Below are positions 13,719-27,660 of a stretch of DNA of 64,000 nt, in pieces. Source of the stretch: Eledone cirrhosa (taxonomy: Eukaryota). Positions within the stretch are counted from its first letter, which is position 1; the number at the start of each line of letters is the position of its first letter. Made by a program: the position numbers and the translations under genes. The stretch lies in assembly GCA_964016885.1 (NCBI GenBank), contig OZ024743.1:127038001-127102000 (forward strand). Reading direction: 5' to 3'. The notes below the pieces were generated by a model. It had not been told where the DNA came from. It saw only the letters and a list, made by a program, of their open reading frames with translations, and did not search any database.

Positions 13719-14812
13719 TGAAACACGAAAGCATCAAAAGATCATATTCCATTACAAAAGATGCACAAAGATACAGTAATGGACTACACATTTCAGAAGT
13801 CCCATTTACTGCTGAAATGGAAAACACAGAAAAAGCAAAGCAGGTAAAAGTAACTGCAAAGAAAGAATTGCTACAGAAACTGGCTAAGAAATGGCAAGAA
13901 AAGCCTCTGTATGGAAAATACCCAGAGCGAGCTAACAATCCTGATGTTGACAAAACTTTAAACCATCAGTGGTTGGCATCCTCTGGACTGAAATCGGAGA
14001 CTGAAGGACTGATTATATCGGCACAAGATCAGTGTCTGCCAACAAAAAATTACCAAGCCAACATAATAAAAAATAGGTGCAGCCCATTATGCCGTGTATG
14101 CAAAAAACAACCAGAGACCATTGACCATATAATTTCAATGTGCAGTCCTATAGCTCCAACCGAATACCTAAACAGGTATGACAGAGCTGCACAATACATA
14201 CATTGGATAATGTGTAAGCATTTTGACCTGCCCCATCAAAAGAATTGGTGGGAGCATCAACCACCTCCCATACTTGAAAAAGATCACATCTCAATCTTGT
14301 GGAACTTTAGCATCCAAACAGACCGAAAAATAGATGCAAACAGACCTGATATAATATTGAAAGACTTTCAAAAGAGGGTATGCCTGCTAATTGATATGTC
14401 TGTTCCAATAGACAAGAATGTATCTATAAAAACATTTGAAAAATTGAGCAAGTATAAGGACCTGGAGATAGAAATTGGAAAAATGTGGAAATTGAGAACT
14501 AAAACAATACCAGTGGTTGTAGGCGCTCTGGGAATGATACCTAAGGGGTCTAATGATTACATATCGCAAATCCCAGGAAACCCGCGTATAGGAGAAATAC
14601 AAAAGATAGTACTAATGGGAACTGCCCATATACTAAGGAAGATTCTGTCAATATATGTACATCACAAGTCTAAACACTAAAGATGCATGTGTGAATATGT
14701 ATGTTCTTTCTTGAACATGGCGGACCTTGTTGTCTCTTGAGGTCACTGGTTGTGACTTGGTGATAACTCGTATGAACATAAAGCAAGATAAATGCAACTG
14801 TAATAATAATAA
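13719..14812 (+). mobile_element. 5'-truncated R4/Dong-clade non-LTR retrotransposon
   Basis: CCHC finger CRVC..ETIDHIISMC, RPD..D..K-KY restriction-like endonuclease; nearly identical to 18675-19751; (TAA)4 tail. Confidence 0.92.
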
Positions 14813-15720
14813 GGGAAGAAGACGCACGAGGTGGTAGAAGGTCATGAAATCGCTCCCGTAAGTTTTTGATTTTTAACATATTTAAATCAATTGTGAAATA
14901 ACAATTCTTAGTACAAATGTTGCATAAACCACCGAATGAAGTCCCATAAAATTTCGGATCCATATTATGTTGTTATATCGCTCAAATATTCAATTTTGTA
15001 TTATATATTTTGTATTCAAAAAAAGAAAATGGTTATAAATGGAAGAAAACACCCTCTGTCTTACACTATATAGAACAGCCAAATAACAGCAATTTCACCA
15101 ACACCAGAAACTTGATACACCACCTATCCCATCACACTAAATATAACAGCCAGATAACGGCAATTTCACCACCACCACCATCAATCCCGGCATGATAATA
15201 ATAATTACTATTATTATTGTCTCAAATTTTAACAAAATGTTTAATTCCAATTTTACGGGAATATGTCAACACAATATATAATAAACATACGAACACAAAC
15301 TCATGGATACTACATATCACAAAACTCAGTAACCACAACGCCACCGCCGCCACCACCCCATCCATCATTGCTACCACTATCCCATCGCCGCCGCCACCAC
15401 TCCTTCATTGCTACCACCACTATTCCCCTGTTAACTTGAGAGAGAAAGGGGAAGGTGGCGGTATCACTAGACAAGGGAGAGGCTAGCAAAAGATATAAAT
15501 AGATTGACTTAGTGACCTGGCCACCGGCCAAACATCAACATCAACAACTATGGGACTGCTGGCTCACCCCTTCCTCACCAACAATATAAAAAGCCCCGGC
15601 ACCACCACCGACATAGCCAACAACAATAATAGGCAACTACAGCAAAAAGTATATTATATTATTGTAATGCACTGGGTGATTGCTGGCCTTGTGCCTGGAG
15701 TGGAGACAATTATTAATAAT

Positions 15721-18700
15721 TTCATTCTTAAGCCACGCAATGCTCACATTAAGGAACCACTCATGATAATAACAATTTTAAAAAAACAACAAAAAGAAAA
15801 CCCCGTGACCAAGAAATACCGGGATGGCGGCTGGCAGGGAATAGCCGTGTCTCTAGGGAGAACGACCCCTCTAGTCTTGGTTGACACTCGTTCTAGAAGT
15901 GGTAACACGAAATGATTACCCCTTGGCGGATAAGGATAAAACGCGACAAAATAAAGTAAATGTCTAATGATAAAATCTCATACCGGATCGGCCGTCACCC
16001 GGGTAAAAATGGGCCGCGTCCCTCAGAGAGGAACCAGACTGGGGTCGAAAAATCAACTAATGGTTCAAACCTTCCCATCACTTTGGAGCTGGAGACCTCC
16101 CATAACCGGAATACTCCTACTGTTGGCCCTCCATGCTCACCACCAAGAAATCCAAAGAAAAAGAGAGAAAAATGGTCAAGGGAAGATAATAAAGAAGTCC
16201 TTGAGGCTTTCTACACTGCCATGTACTACCCATCAAATACATCGAATACAGAACAGACATATATCAACTGGGAAAAGAAACATCCCGAAAACAGAGGCTA
16301 TATTGACAGTAACAAACTAGCCAATATACAAAGAAATATTGTAAGAAAAAAGTTACTAACTGATATAGAAATTGATCAGATCAAGCTATTAGCACAAAGT
16401 CAGCGAAGGGAAAATGAAACATGAGTCAGTGAAAACGAGGTAAACAGTAAAACTTCGAACCCCAGAGTTGGGGCGGAATCACTGGCAACAGAACAAATTA
16501 AAGAAAGGATCGAAAAAGTGGAGGGAGTGCATGCTCAGGATGAAACTCCAAATGAAAATAATGAGATCGTAAATGATAAAGAAATGAATGAGAATGAACT
16601 TGCCAACTTGAAGGATGAAATTATGATCGAATGGATGAAAATGAAAGAATCTGACATGGGGAAACGAGACACCCTCCCTAAGATCCAGAACTCCAAACAG
16701 AACCAAAAGATAATACACAAGACTAACATAATTCTCAAAAACATTATCATCACAAACAAACTAAACATTACTGATTTAAAGCATCTCTATTATGCATCGG
16801 CTAAAGTCACCACTCACTTATGTGGAGTGAAGATGAAAAAACAAAGGAATTCCCACAAGAAATCTACTTGGCAAGAGAACATCAATCGCCAAATAAACCT
16901 TCTCCGATCTGACATAGAAATTTTAACAAACTATAAAGTAGGTGAACATGTTAAACAAACTAAACTTAGAAAATTGAAAAAAAAAGTACAGTATAAAATC
17001 AACATGTGACATAGACATGCTGATAGAAATAATCAAGCAAAAAGTGTCGGCCAAAGCTGCTTGTATAAGGCGCTTTGAAAAACGATCTAGATTCTATAAG
17101 GACAATAATATGTTCAAAAACAACCAAAGAAACTTCTACAGAAAAATTGGTAAGTCAACAATAACTGCTAAATCAATACCACCCAAGGAGGAAGTGCAAG
17201 AATTCTGGGAAAAGATCTGGGCCGAAGAAAAAGTTCATAACATACATGCCCCATGGATAGACAGACAAATGAAAGATACAGCTCACCTTGAGGAACAAAT
17301 ATGGGGAAAATATAACAGTTGAACAGTTGCGCTTGGCTCTAAGAAAAACCAGCAAATGGAAATCCCCAGGAAAAGACAAAATACAAAACTTTTGGATAAA
17401 TGCCTTCACAGAGTCTCATGAGCTGTTAGCCCAACTTTACAATGAAATAGTTAAGGAGCCAGAAAAGATACCATCATGGCTAGTTAACGGCATTACATTC
17501 CTGCTTCCGAAGAATGATGAGACAAACAATCCCAAAAATTACAGACCGATAACTTGCTTGACCACAATGTATAAAATTTTAACATCAGTCCTAACTGAAT
17601 ACACATATGACCACCTGATAACAAATGACCTATTTCCCATTGAGCAGAAAGGGTGTAAACGAGGCTCATATGGCTGTAAGGATCAGCTTCTGGTTAACAA
17701 AATGATACTGGAAGATTGTCATAATAGACACAGAAATCTATCGATTGCTTGGATAGATTATAAAAAAGCATTCGATAGTTTGCCACACAGTTGGATTGAA
17801 AAATGTTTAGAGATTTTCAAAATATACCCCGTTGTCAGGAGGTTTTTGTCATTCAGTATGAAGACATGGAAAACGACACTCCTTTTGAATAGTGAAACAA
17901 AATCACTGGAAGCTGGAGAAGTTAATATTAATTGTGGAATTTTTCAGGGTGACTCTTTATCACCGCTTTTATTCTGCATCGCACTTATACCATTAAGTAA
18001 AATGCTCAATGAAACAAAACATGGATATAAAGTCTATGACAAAACCATTAATCACCTGTTCTACATGGATGACCTGAAACTATTTGCAAAAAATGATGAA
18101 CAATTGCAAGGGCTATTATCCACTGTGGAGCAGTCCAGTTATGACATTAAAATGGAGTTTGGACTAGATAAATGCGCCAAAGCAACGTTCACCAGAGGAA
18201 AGCTGCTGAAGAGTTCAGACATTAATCTTGATCGGGGGAACGTGATAAGAGAACTTGATCAAGAAAAAACTTACAAATATCTAGGTGTTTGTGAAGGAGA
18301 CAGAATCAAGCACTCAACAATGAGGGAAAGGATAAGGAAGGAATGTTACCGCAGAGTAAGAGCAATCTTAAGAACGGAATTGAATGCAAGGAATAGGATC
18401 GATGCCATAAACACGCTTGCCATACCAGTAGTAACCTACAGTTACAATGTCATCAACTGGTCAAGCACAGAGATCCGTAGGCTCGATACAAAATTTCGAA
18501 AATCTTTAACCATGCACAGAATGCATCACCCTAAGGCAGATATAGATAGAATATATCTCCCTAGGAAAGAAGGAGGACATGGGTTAATCCAGTTAGACAT
18601 TGCGTTGAAAACTGCAACAATTGGATTATCTACATATCTAAGGGAATCACATGATTGGATGATCAAACTCGTTTTGAAACACGAAAGCATCAAAAGATCA

Positions 18701-19751
18701 TATTCCATTACAAAAGATGCACAAAGATACAGTAATGGACTACAAATTTCAGAAAACACAGAAAAAGCAAAGCAGGTAAAAGTAACTGCAAAGAAAGAAC
18801 TGCTACAGAAACTGGCTAAGAAATGGCAAGAAAAGCCTCTGTATGGAAAATAGCCAGAGCGAGCTAACAATCCTGATGTTGACAAAACTTTAAACCATCA
18901 GTGGTTGGCATCCTCTGGACTGAAATCGGAGACTGAAGGACTGATTATATCGGCACAAGATCAGTGTCTGCCAACAAAAAATTACCAAGCCAACATAATA
19001 AAAAATGGATGCAGCCCATTATGCCGTGTATGCAAAAAACAACCAGAGACCATTGACCATATAATTTCAATGTGCAGTCCTATAGCTCCAACCGAATACC
19101 TAAACAGGCATGACAGAGCTGCACAATACATACATTGGATAATGTGTAAGCATTTTGACCTGCCCCATCAAAAGAATTGGTGGGAGCATCAACCACCTCC
19201 CATACTTGAAAAAGATCACATCTCAATCTTGTGGAACTTTAGCATCCAAACAGACCGAAAAATAGATGCAAATAGACCTGATATAATATTGAAGGACTTT
19301 AAAAAGAGGGTATGCCTGCTAATTGATATGTCTGTTCCAATAGACAAGAATGTATCTATAAAAACATTTGAAAAATTGAGCAAGTATAAGGACCTGGAGA
19401 TAGAAATTGGAAAAATGTGGAAATTGAGAACTAAAACAATACCAGTGGTTGTAGGCGCTCTGGGAATGATACCTAAGGGGTCTAATGATTACTTATCGCA
19501 GATCCCAGGAAACCCGCGTATAGGAGAAATACAAAAGATAGTACTAATGGGAACTGCCCATATACTAAGGAAGATTCTGTCAATATAAGTACATCACAAG
19601 TCTAAACACTAAAGATGCATGTGTGAGTATGTATGTTCTTCCTTGAACAGTGGACCTTGTTGTCTCTTGAGGTCACTGGTTGTGACTTGGTGATAACTCG
19701 TATGAACATAAAGCAAGATAAATGCAACTGTAATAATAATAATAATAATAA
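15721..19751 (+). mobile_element. Near full-length R4/Dong-clade non-LTR retrotransposon; single RT-RLE ORF 15960-19588 broken by stops and frameshifts
   Basis: N-terminal KWSREDNKEVLEAFY motif; RT motifs YRPITCL, DYKKAFDS, QGDSLSP, FYMDD; CCHC finger, RHD, RPD..D..K-KY RLE; (TAA)7 tail. 5' boundary inferred. Confidence 0.92.
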
Positions 19752-20179
19752 CGCCAACAACAATGGGGTAGACATCAAGAAAACATTGAAGATGGCACAG
19801 GATGATACAATGTAAGTTTTTTCATGCAAAAAGTATGTGAACAATCTATGCTATTCCTATCTAATGATCTACAGAATACCATATCTAGACACAATCTGGA
19901 TAACCCAATGCAGTTTAACCATGTCCACTTTAGCACATTCTGGAAATCCATTCAGTACCTGTCAAACAGTTGGAAATGTCTGAGAAGGTTTGCTTAACTT
20001 TTGTACCATTATCTTCTATCTGCCATGTGAGACCTCCTACAGGTTACTAGATCTACTTGAAATAACAATCAAATCTCCCTCAAACTACACACTACTGTCT
20101 TAAAAAAAGAAGACATTGAATAATGTTTTAACGATGTATACTGTGCCTTGGAAATAAGGCAGTTAAACACACACACACA

Positions 20180-20772
20180 TCTATACATACAGATACATAT
20201 GTAATGACAGACAGGTGTGCGTGAATGTATGTCTGTGTGTCTATCTTAGTATATGTGAGTGCATGTGTGAGTGTATGTGTGTGTGATAATTTTTATTTTC
20301 ATTTGCATTAAAACAATAGAAAACAACGCACCTTTATCACATCTTGTATATGAATATGTATGTGTCTGTGAGTATGTCTGTGTGCGTTCATTAGGTATGT
20401 GATTAAATACACACACACACACCTACACATATGTAGCAACTGACCAAAAATTAGGTGAAAAGCTATGTGTGTAGTTGCATGAAAGTGTGTCTGTCTTAGT
20501 ATATTTATATGAGAGTGTGAGTGTGTAGCAACAATTTATTCATTTGGACACCTACAAAAAATTACACAATGAATATTGTTTACCCTAAGGTGCTTCAAGA
20601 TTGACAGATTTTCATTTCTAAATTCTATTTTCATTACAATTTTGATATTTAAAAAATAAAATATAGATATTTTGAAATAATTATGAGAAAAAAAAACATA
20701 TCTTCATATTTATTGTTTACTAATCTGAATAAGAACAGCAGTAACCCGGGCTACGCCAGGTAATTCAGCTAG
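20180..20772 (+). mobile_element. Non-autonomous Helitron-like element
   Basis: A|TC start; GT/TGTC microsatellite body; subterminal hairpin ACCCGGGCTACGCCAGGT then CTAG|T; no TSD. 5' end less certain than 3' end. Confidence 0.65.
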
Positions 20773-20859
20773 TAGCTATATAATATATAATGGAAAATAT
20801 ACTTCTTTTTTTCTTTACCTCATAGTTATTTCTAAATACTTTATACATTCTTCTTTTTT

Positions 20860-21170
20860 TCCTCACCCACTTATTCCTGAGAAGGTCGTGGGGGCAGAGT
20901 CCTCAAACACTCCCTACAGTGGGTCCTGTCTGAAGCAACTGTCTCCAACTGATCTGGCAGGATCCCCAAGCGTCACCAGCCAAGCTTATGGATGTTATCT
21001 AACCATCTTGCTCGGGGTCTACCCCTGGGTCTTCTACCTGTTAGTTTTGCCCATAAAATCTGTCCAGTGATTCTTTCCTGAGACATTCTAACCACCTGCA
21101 CATAGTATGAGAGCTGTGATCTCTCAATTTGGAGAAGTAGTGGCTCTACCTGGAGTGACTCTCTAATAGT
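20860..21170 (-). mobile_element. RTE-clade LINE 3' fragment; related fragments at 22000-22520 and 22790-22940
   Basis: ERSQLSYY...GRRPRGRPRARWLD C-terminal motif; homologous to 40060-40400. Confidence 0.75.
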
Positions 21171-22547
21171 GTTGGCTGCTTTATACATTAAATATGTTAA
21201 TTATTTTGTGTGTGTGAGGAAGACATTATTGGGTTAATTAATTACTAGTCTGTTAACAGTATTTTGTTTCAGTTAGGATTGCATCGATTAACCAGTAGAT
21301 AATTGGATTCTGCCACATTACCATTTTGCTGATTAATCAATATCAATTTTTTTGCTAATTAATTGGTTTTGATAGTTGGCCGTTACTATTTTTGAGCAAG
21401 AAAAGCATCAGTGGTAGAAATTCAGAAAATTCATTGGATTCAAAATGTAGAAACACACGAGTAACATATATCATATTATTTCCCAGGAAATACAACTGCT
21501 CTTAGTGCTCGAATGCCCTGAAAATTACTGGGACTACCCAGACAGTATAACTCCTTGTAGTACCTTAACCTCTTCAGTGCTGTAGATGAGATGACTCGTC
21601 CTAACATGTATGCATTCCAGTGCCACAGACGAGATAACGCATCCTAACATGTTTGAACTTGTTTCCAACAGTTCATAACTTCAAAGCTAGTTGGGGTTAC
21701 TAGTTTATTGATGTGATGTTTGTCAATCATTCAGATATGTATTGCTAATAAATGTTTGTTTAAAAAAATACCCATTTTATTGATAAAAAAAAAACTGGTA
21801 CAGCAACTGTAGCTGTGTAAACAGATTAAAGGGTGTCAAAGTAGAAAAGAAACCAGCCTACCTACCTAAAAAGATAGGTGTTTAACTGATTTTTTTTTAT
21901 AAGGGAATTAATAAAAACAAATTATAAAGATTCAGTTTATTTAAAAGTATTCACAATTTTCGAGAAATAATGATTTCTGTTATCTTAAGTTACTTCTTCT
22001 TTGCCCTCTTATTCCCTGGAGCAGATTCCTCAAGTATTCCCTTACAGTGGTCTGTCAGAAGCAACCATCACCAACTGATCCAGCTGGATCCCCAAGCCAG
22101 ACCAGCTGAGCTCAGGGATGTTATTTAGCCATCTTGCTTGGAGTCTACCCCTGAGCAATTTTTTCCTGAGTCATTCTAACCATATGCTTTTAATATCAGA
22201 GCTGTGATCTCTCAATTCTGAGAAGTAGCAGCTCAACCTGGAGTGACACTGATCTCCAAACTATGTACTCTATCAAGTAACATTATTCCAAAGACCCTTC
22301 AGAGGAACCTCATTTCGGCCACGTGTACTGGCATGTTACTGCACCTGCTACTGCAATTCTTGTACTTAATTCAACTTCCTGCCTCCCATCACATGTGAAC
22401 ATGGCCCCGAGATACTTGAACTTCTCCATCTGCTTCAGTGGAACTTCACTCACTTGTAGACTGTGTAGGCTTCCTTGAGTATCTCAGTCTTTGCAGCACT
22501 GATTCCCATTTCTGCCATGTCTTCTATTCTCTTTCTGGTAGGCTTAA

Positions 22548-22768
22548 CTCTTTAGCATTTAAACCGGCTGTATCCGGCCAGAATTCTCGAACATCTTTCT
22601 GTTCAAACTGGCCATAACTGGCCACTTATACTGACATTAAGGTATTGTTCTCAAAATAAATAATAAAATCATCAAAATCTCGTAGATTCCATATTATGTA
22701 AGATAATTATGTAAGATAAAGCCTTTACCATGAACATATAATAGTAGAGTAATATAAATGCTAAAGGG
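22548..22768 (-). mobile_element. piggyBac-type MITE, reverse orientation
   Basis: TTAA flanks at 22544-22547 and 22769-22772; family TIRs. Confidence 0.85.
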
Positions 22769-23179
22769 TTAACAAGCAGATCCCTCTATAATTGAAGCAA
22801 TTTCTCTTGTCTCCATTTTTGAAAATTGGAATTATCACTCTTTATTGCCCCTGCTTAGGTGCCTTTCCAGAGATCCAAGCCACCCAGCACACACAAGTCA
22901 GCCAGAGAATACATTCTCTATTTAAGGTTTTTAGCATAAGTTACTCAAACAAAAAATAAAATTTAATGATCAAATTTATGAACTTGTAAAGTATAATATA
23001 AAATAAATTTCTCCATTTTCAGAACATAGCCGTTTTCGTGCAGGCTTGCATGTTTTTTACCTCCTATTGTAAAATCAGCCAAATTTTGTAATCATGTGCT
23101 CTCAAATAGTATCTTCATAATTGTAATTGATTATGAAATCTATAAATGGTCATAACTCTATGCTGAAAAGCATAGTGTC

Positions 23180-26100
23180 TGGTGGACATGAAGAACCGGA
23201 GGCTTATTGACACCACCACAAACCTCACTGTGAGAGGTATATTTACCACGCAATCCTCAGTGAGCCCTGTAATTTGCCAGTCAGAGCCTTCGCTTTACAA
23301 CTGCATTCTCCAGAAATACCCAGACATCACTCGCCCGGTATTTAAGGATAGACCTATTAAACAGTGTCACACATCATATCGAGACAAGAGGACCACCCAC
23401 AGCTGCCCGAGTAAGGAGACTGCCTCCAAACCGATTGAGAATCGCCAAACAGGAGTTTCAACACATGCTGGACCTTGGAATCATTCGCCCTTCCTCCAGC
23501 AACTGGTCTGCACCTCTACACCTTGTTCCTAAGAAAACAGAGAATGATTGGCGACCATGTGGGGATTATCGTGCACTCAACAATTCCACAGTACCCGAAA
23601 TTACCCTGTACCTCACTTGCACGACTTTTCTGCCTCTCTGCAAGACGCATGCATCTTTTCCAAGATAGATTTGGTACGAGCATATAATCAGATACCTGTG
23701 GAGCCTGCTGATATTCCGAAGACCGCAATCACGACACCGTTCGGTTTATCTGAATTCCGGCGAATGCCGTTCGGTCTGCGCAACGCTGCACAAACTTTTC
23801 GGCGGTTTATTGACACCGTGTTACGTGATCTACCTTTTGCATACGCGTATATCAACGACGAGCTAGTAGCAAGTACTTCCGAGCAAGAACAAGAGAAGCA
23901 CTTAGATCTTCTTTTCCAACGTTTGGCCGAGTACGGTATTATCCTCAACCCCAGCAAGTGCCTTCTCGGCGTTCCTTCACTGTCCTTTCTCGATCACATC
24001 ATTGATAAAGACAGCATTCATCCACTTCCTGAGAAAGTAGAAGTTATTCGCGATTTTCCCCGCACCTACATCACTTCGGAAACTGCGTGAATTCCTCGAT
24101 TTGGTGAATTTCTATAGGCGTTTCATCCCTCATTGTGCCGACGCAACCAGACTCCTCATGGACCTTCTTCGTAACCGGACTCGGAAAAACGAAGACATCA
24201 CTCTGAACGAGGAAGAACTAACATCTTTCAAAGGCCTGAGGGAAATGTTGGCAAACGCTTCCATGCTCGTTTTCCCCAGATCTGGCGCTCCTCTTTCGCT
24301 GCTAGTGGACACATCAGAGACGGGGATTGGAGGCGTTTTACAACAATATGTCGACGGCGTTTGGAAACCCTTATCCTTCTTTTCTAAGCGGCTGCAACCT
24401 GCAGCAACCAAATACAGTACGTTTGGCCGCGAACTCTTGAAACCTACCTTTCAGTTAAACATTTTTGTCACATGCTCGAAGGATCGGATTTCGTGATCTA
24501 CACGGACCATAAACCACTAGTTTATGCGTTCCGTACCAAACATTCACCGAGAGAACTCTGCCACCTGGATTTTGTCTCCCAATATTCAACTGATATTCGG
24601 CATATCAAGAGATCAGACAACGTAGCAGCCGACGCCCTGTCCCGAATCCAGCTTAACGCAATACATGTACATTCAGGCATCGACCTTCAACAGATCGCAG
24701 CTGACCAAGAGACTGACGAAGAGTTTATCAAGCTCCAAGATTCGCCATCCCTCAAGTTTCAGCAAGTTCCCATTCCTTCTTCTCCGGGACAAATTTGGTG
24801 CGACCTTTCTACCGGTCATGAACGACCGTACGTACCACAGATGCATCGTCGACAAGTTTTTTCTGCTTTACACTATTTGTCTCACCCAGGAATCCGGGCT
24901 ACACAGAAACTCATCTCTGCTCGTTTTGTGTGGACTAACATTAACAAGGACGTGCGCTACTGGTCCAGGAGCTGCATTGCCTGCCAGAAAGCCAAAGTCC
25001 ACAGACACATCAAAACTCCACTCGGCACATTCGCGCAACCTGATGCATGTTTTCATCATGTGCATATCGACATCGTCGGAACTCTACCGCCATCACAGAA
25101 CTGCACACACTTGCTCACCTGCATAGATTGATTTTCCCGTTGGCCTGAGACTTTTTCCATAAGTGATACCTCAGCGGAAACAGTCGCTAAAACTTTGGTT
25201 TTATACTGGGTATCACGTTATGGTACCACAGCGAAGATAACAACGGACAGAGGACGCCAATTTGACTCCCACCTCTTCAGGGAACTGACTCGCCTGTTAG
25301 GATGTAAACACATCTGCACGACAGCTTATCACCTGCAAGCTAATGGTCTTGTGGAAAGATTCCATCGCCAATCACTGGTTTGAATACCTGCCACTCATCC
25401 TTCTGGGCATTCGATTAAGGAGGAATTCGGACACACACCTGCAGTATTAGTGTACGACACCACCCTGGTTCTACCTGTTCAGATGGTCGCTCCCAATATA
25501 TGTCTCACCTTGCTCCTGCAAGCACCCGTCAACAGAACACGGCCACACATGTACCTTCAGACATTAATGATTGGACACACGTTTTCGTTCGAAACGACAC
25601 CATCTCAGCTCATCTTCGACCTCCATATTCTGGCCCTTACCGTGTTCTAAAAAAATATCCGAAATATTTTATTCTCGATCAAGATGATAAACAGAATTCT
25701 GTCAGCGTGGACAGATTAAAAAAAGCCATCATGGATACAGTTACAGTCTCTACACCAGAAGCTCCAACAGATTGCTGTCCCAGCAAGCCACCTGTTTCAT
25801 CTCCAGTCACGAGAAGTGGAGGACGTGTCCATTGGCCCGCCAAGTTGGCACAATATGTGAATTACCGTTAACCTCAAGTGAGTTTCTTAATCAGTCTTCT
25901 TGCAAAACATTTCCATTTTCCTTGTGTTTACTATTTCCAGTTTCAAATACAGTGAACTTTCTGCTTGAACAATTGCAATTTTTAGTGACCATGTGCTCAT
26001 GTTGTCATCGTCACGAAGAACATTATTTATTATGAACATTTTTTTTTTTTCCATATTCTGCAATATTAATTGTGTAATTGTCATAATTTTTATATACATA

Positions 26101-27660
26101 CAAAGTGTGCACATATTCTATTTTTCATGCACACTACACAACCACGTTTGTTTCACCTTTCGTTCATACACTGAGCAAAAGATATTTTGTCCTAACTCTT
26201 ACACTACAAAATATTTTCTCTTTGATCACGCATTTCACAAATCGCATCCTCAAAACACTGGCCTTCTTATTTTTTACGTTCACATTCACTCAACAGCTCG
26301 AGAATGCCTCGCTATTTTTACCACATGAATTCACTGAAGTCATATGCTTTGGAGCAAACTGTTACTTTTAAGCAACATGCTTACGACCATTCATTTCACC
26401 CATTACGGTTATTTTCACTGCCCTGTTAGACATTTTGTCACGCAATTCACAGGCAGCTCAACCCGAATGCAACAGGCTCATTCATCCTGCCTGCATAAAT
26501 CTGGTCAGAGTCATTTTATAGTTTATTTTTTTTCTTCCTGACACACATTTTGCCATATCATCTCTACATCGACTCTGTCCTATACTCGATGATCACCAAA
26601 GTTCACAACGTGCTTGGGCTATTGTCATGACAAATGCACCACCACTGACTCATTACTATACGATGTTTCACTCTTTTGTTGTACAAAAGATCTGGCAGGA
26701 AGCTAATGTACAGCTACCGGAAATAACATCTGTCCTTACCAGTGAAATAAACAACGGTGATATCCAATTTTAGCTGCCTAAATGCCGCTTACTTGCTGCA
26801 GTTGCTGCTTACTTCAATGTATGAGGCTATTCCAACAAATTTACATTCCCCTTTTTTTTAGCCGTTAAAAGAAATATAGATTTATTTATTTTATTTTTTT
26901 GCGATTTATTTGCCACTGGGGCATAGATTTCTTTATTTGCCCCTTTGTTGTTTGTTTGTTTGTTTGTTTGTTTTTTTGCGATTTATTAGCCTTTTGGGGT
27001 CACACACACCCCCGTAGAAAGTCTGCGACCTTTCTGCCAGGGAGCACAGAGAGAGGGGGGTGCTCCCTTCTTCTCTAACCTGTACAAGCCGATATAGAGA
27101 GATGGCCCACTTACACGGGCCATTATTGCTACTTTCACCCATCTTTCATGGAATTGGCTGGGACTGAGTGCCTTTTTCTCCACCCAGCCAATTCCATGAA
27201 AGATGTGTGAAAGTAGCAATAATGGCCCATGTAAGTGGGCCATCTCTCTATATCGGCTTGTACAGGTAAGAGAAGAAGGGAGCACCCCCCTCTCTCTGTG
27301 CTCCCTGGCAGAAAGGTCGCAGACTTTCTACGGGTGTGTGTGACTCCAAAAGGCTAATAAATCGCAAAAAAACAAACAAACAAATAAAAAAGGGGCAAAT
27401 AAAGAAATCTATGCCAAAGTGGCAAATAAATCGCCCCCCCCCCCCCCCAAATCTATATTTCTTTTAACGGCTAAAAAAAGGGGGAATGTAAATTTGTTGG
27501 AATAGCCTCATACATTGAAGTAAGCAGCAACTGCAGCAAGTAAGCGGCATTTAGGCAGCTGCTAAAATTGGATATCGCCTAAACAACTCTATCTGCCTCC
27601 CTAGCTACCTCACCCCAGTGACGCAAACAACCCTTAGGCCACCAAAATAAAACGCCTACA
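23180..27660 (+). mobile_element. 5'-truncated, decayed Ty3/Gypsy LTR retrotransposon (RT-RNase H-integrase, 3' LTR from 26707)
   Basis: [35 protein letters not shown] (mutated YIDD), YTDHKPL, HHCC finger, TTDRGRQF, NGLVERFH, GPY motif; purine tract GGCAGGAAG before TGTACAG LTR. Confidence 0.93.
26756..27579. mobile_element. 824-bp foldback (almost fully palindromic) non-autonomous DNA transposon inside the Gypsy 3' LTR
   Basis: ~400-bp inverted arms, 20-nt loop near 27163-27182, 8-bp TSD TAAACAAC, termini GGTGATATCC/GGATATCGCC; empty site visible in the solo LTR at ~28085. Confidence 0.9.

Noticed and set aside
19731-19817. Poly-Asn ORF ending in a GTAAGT donor as a host exon hit by R4
   Set aside because: Poly-Asn is the element's TAA tail; no acceptor or recognisable protein upstream.
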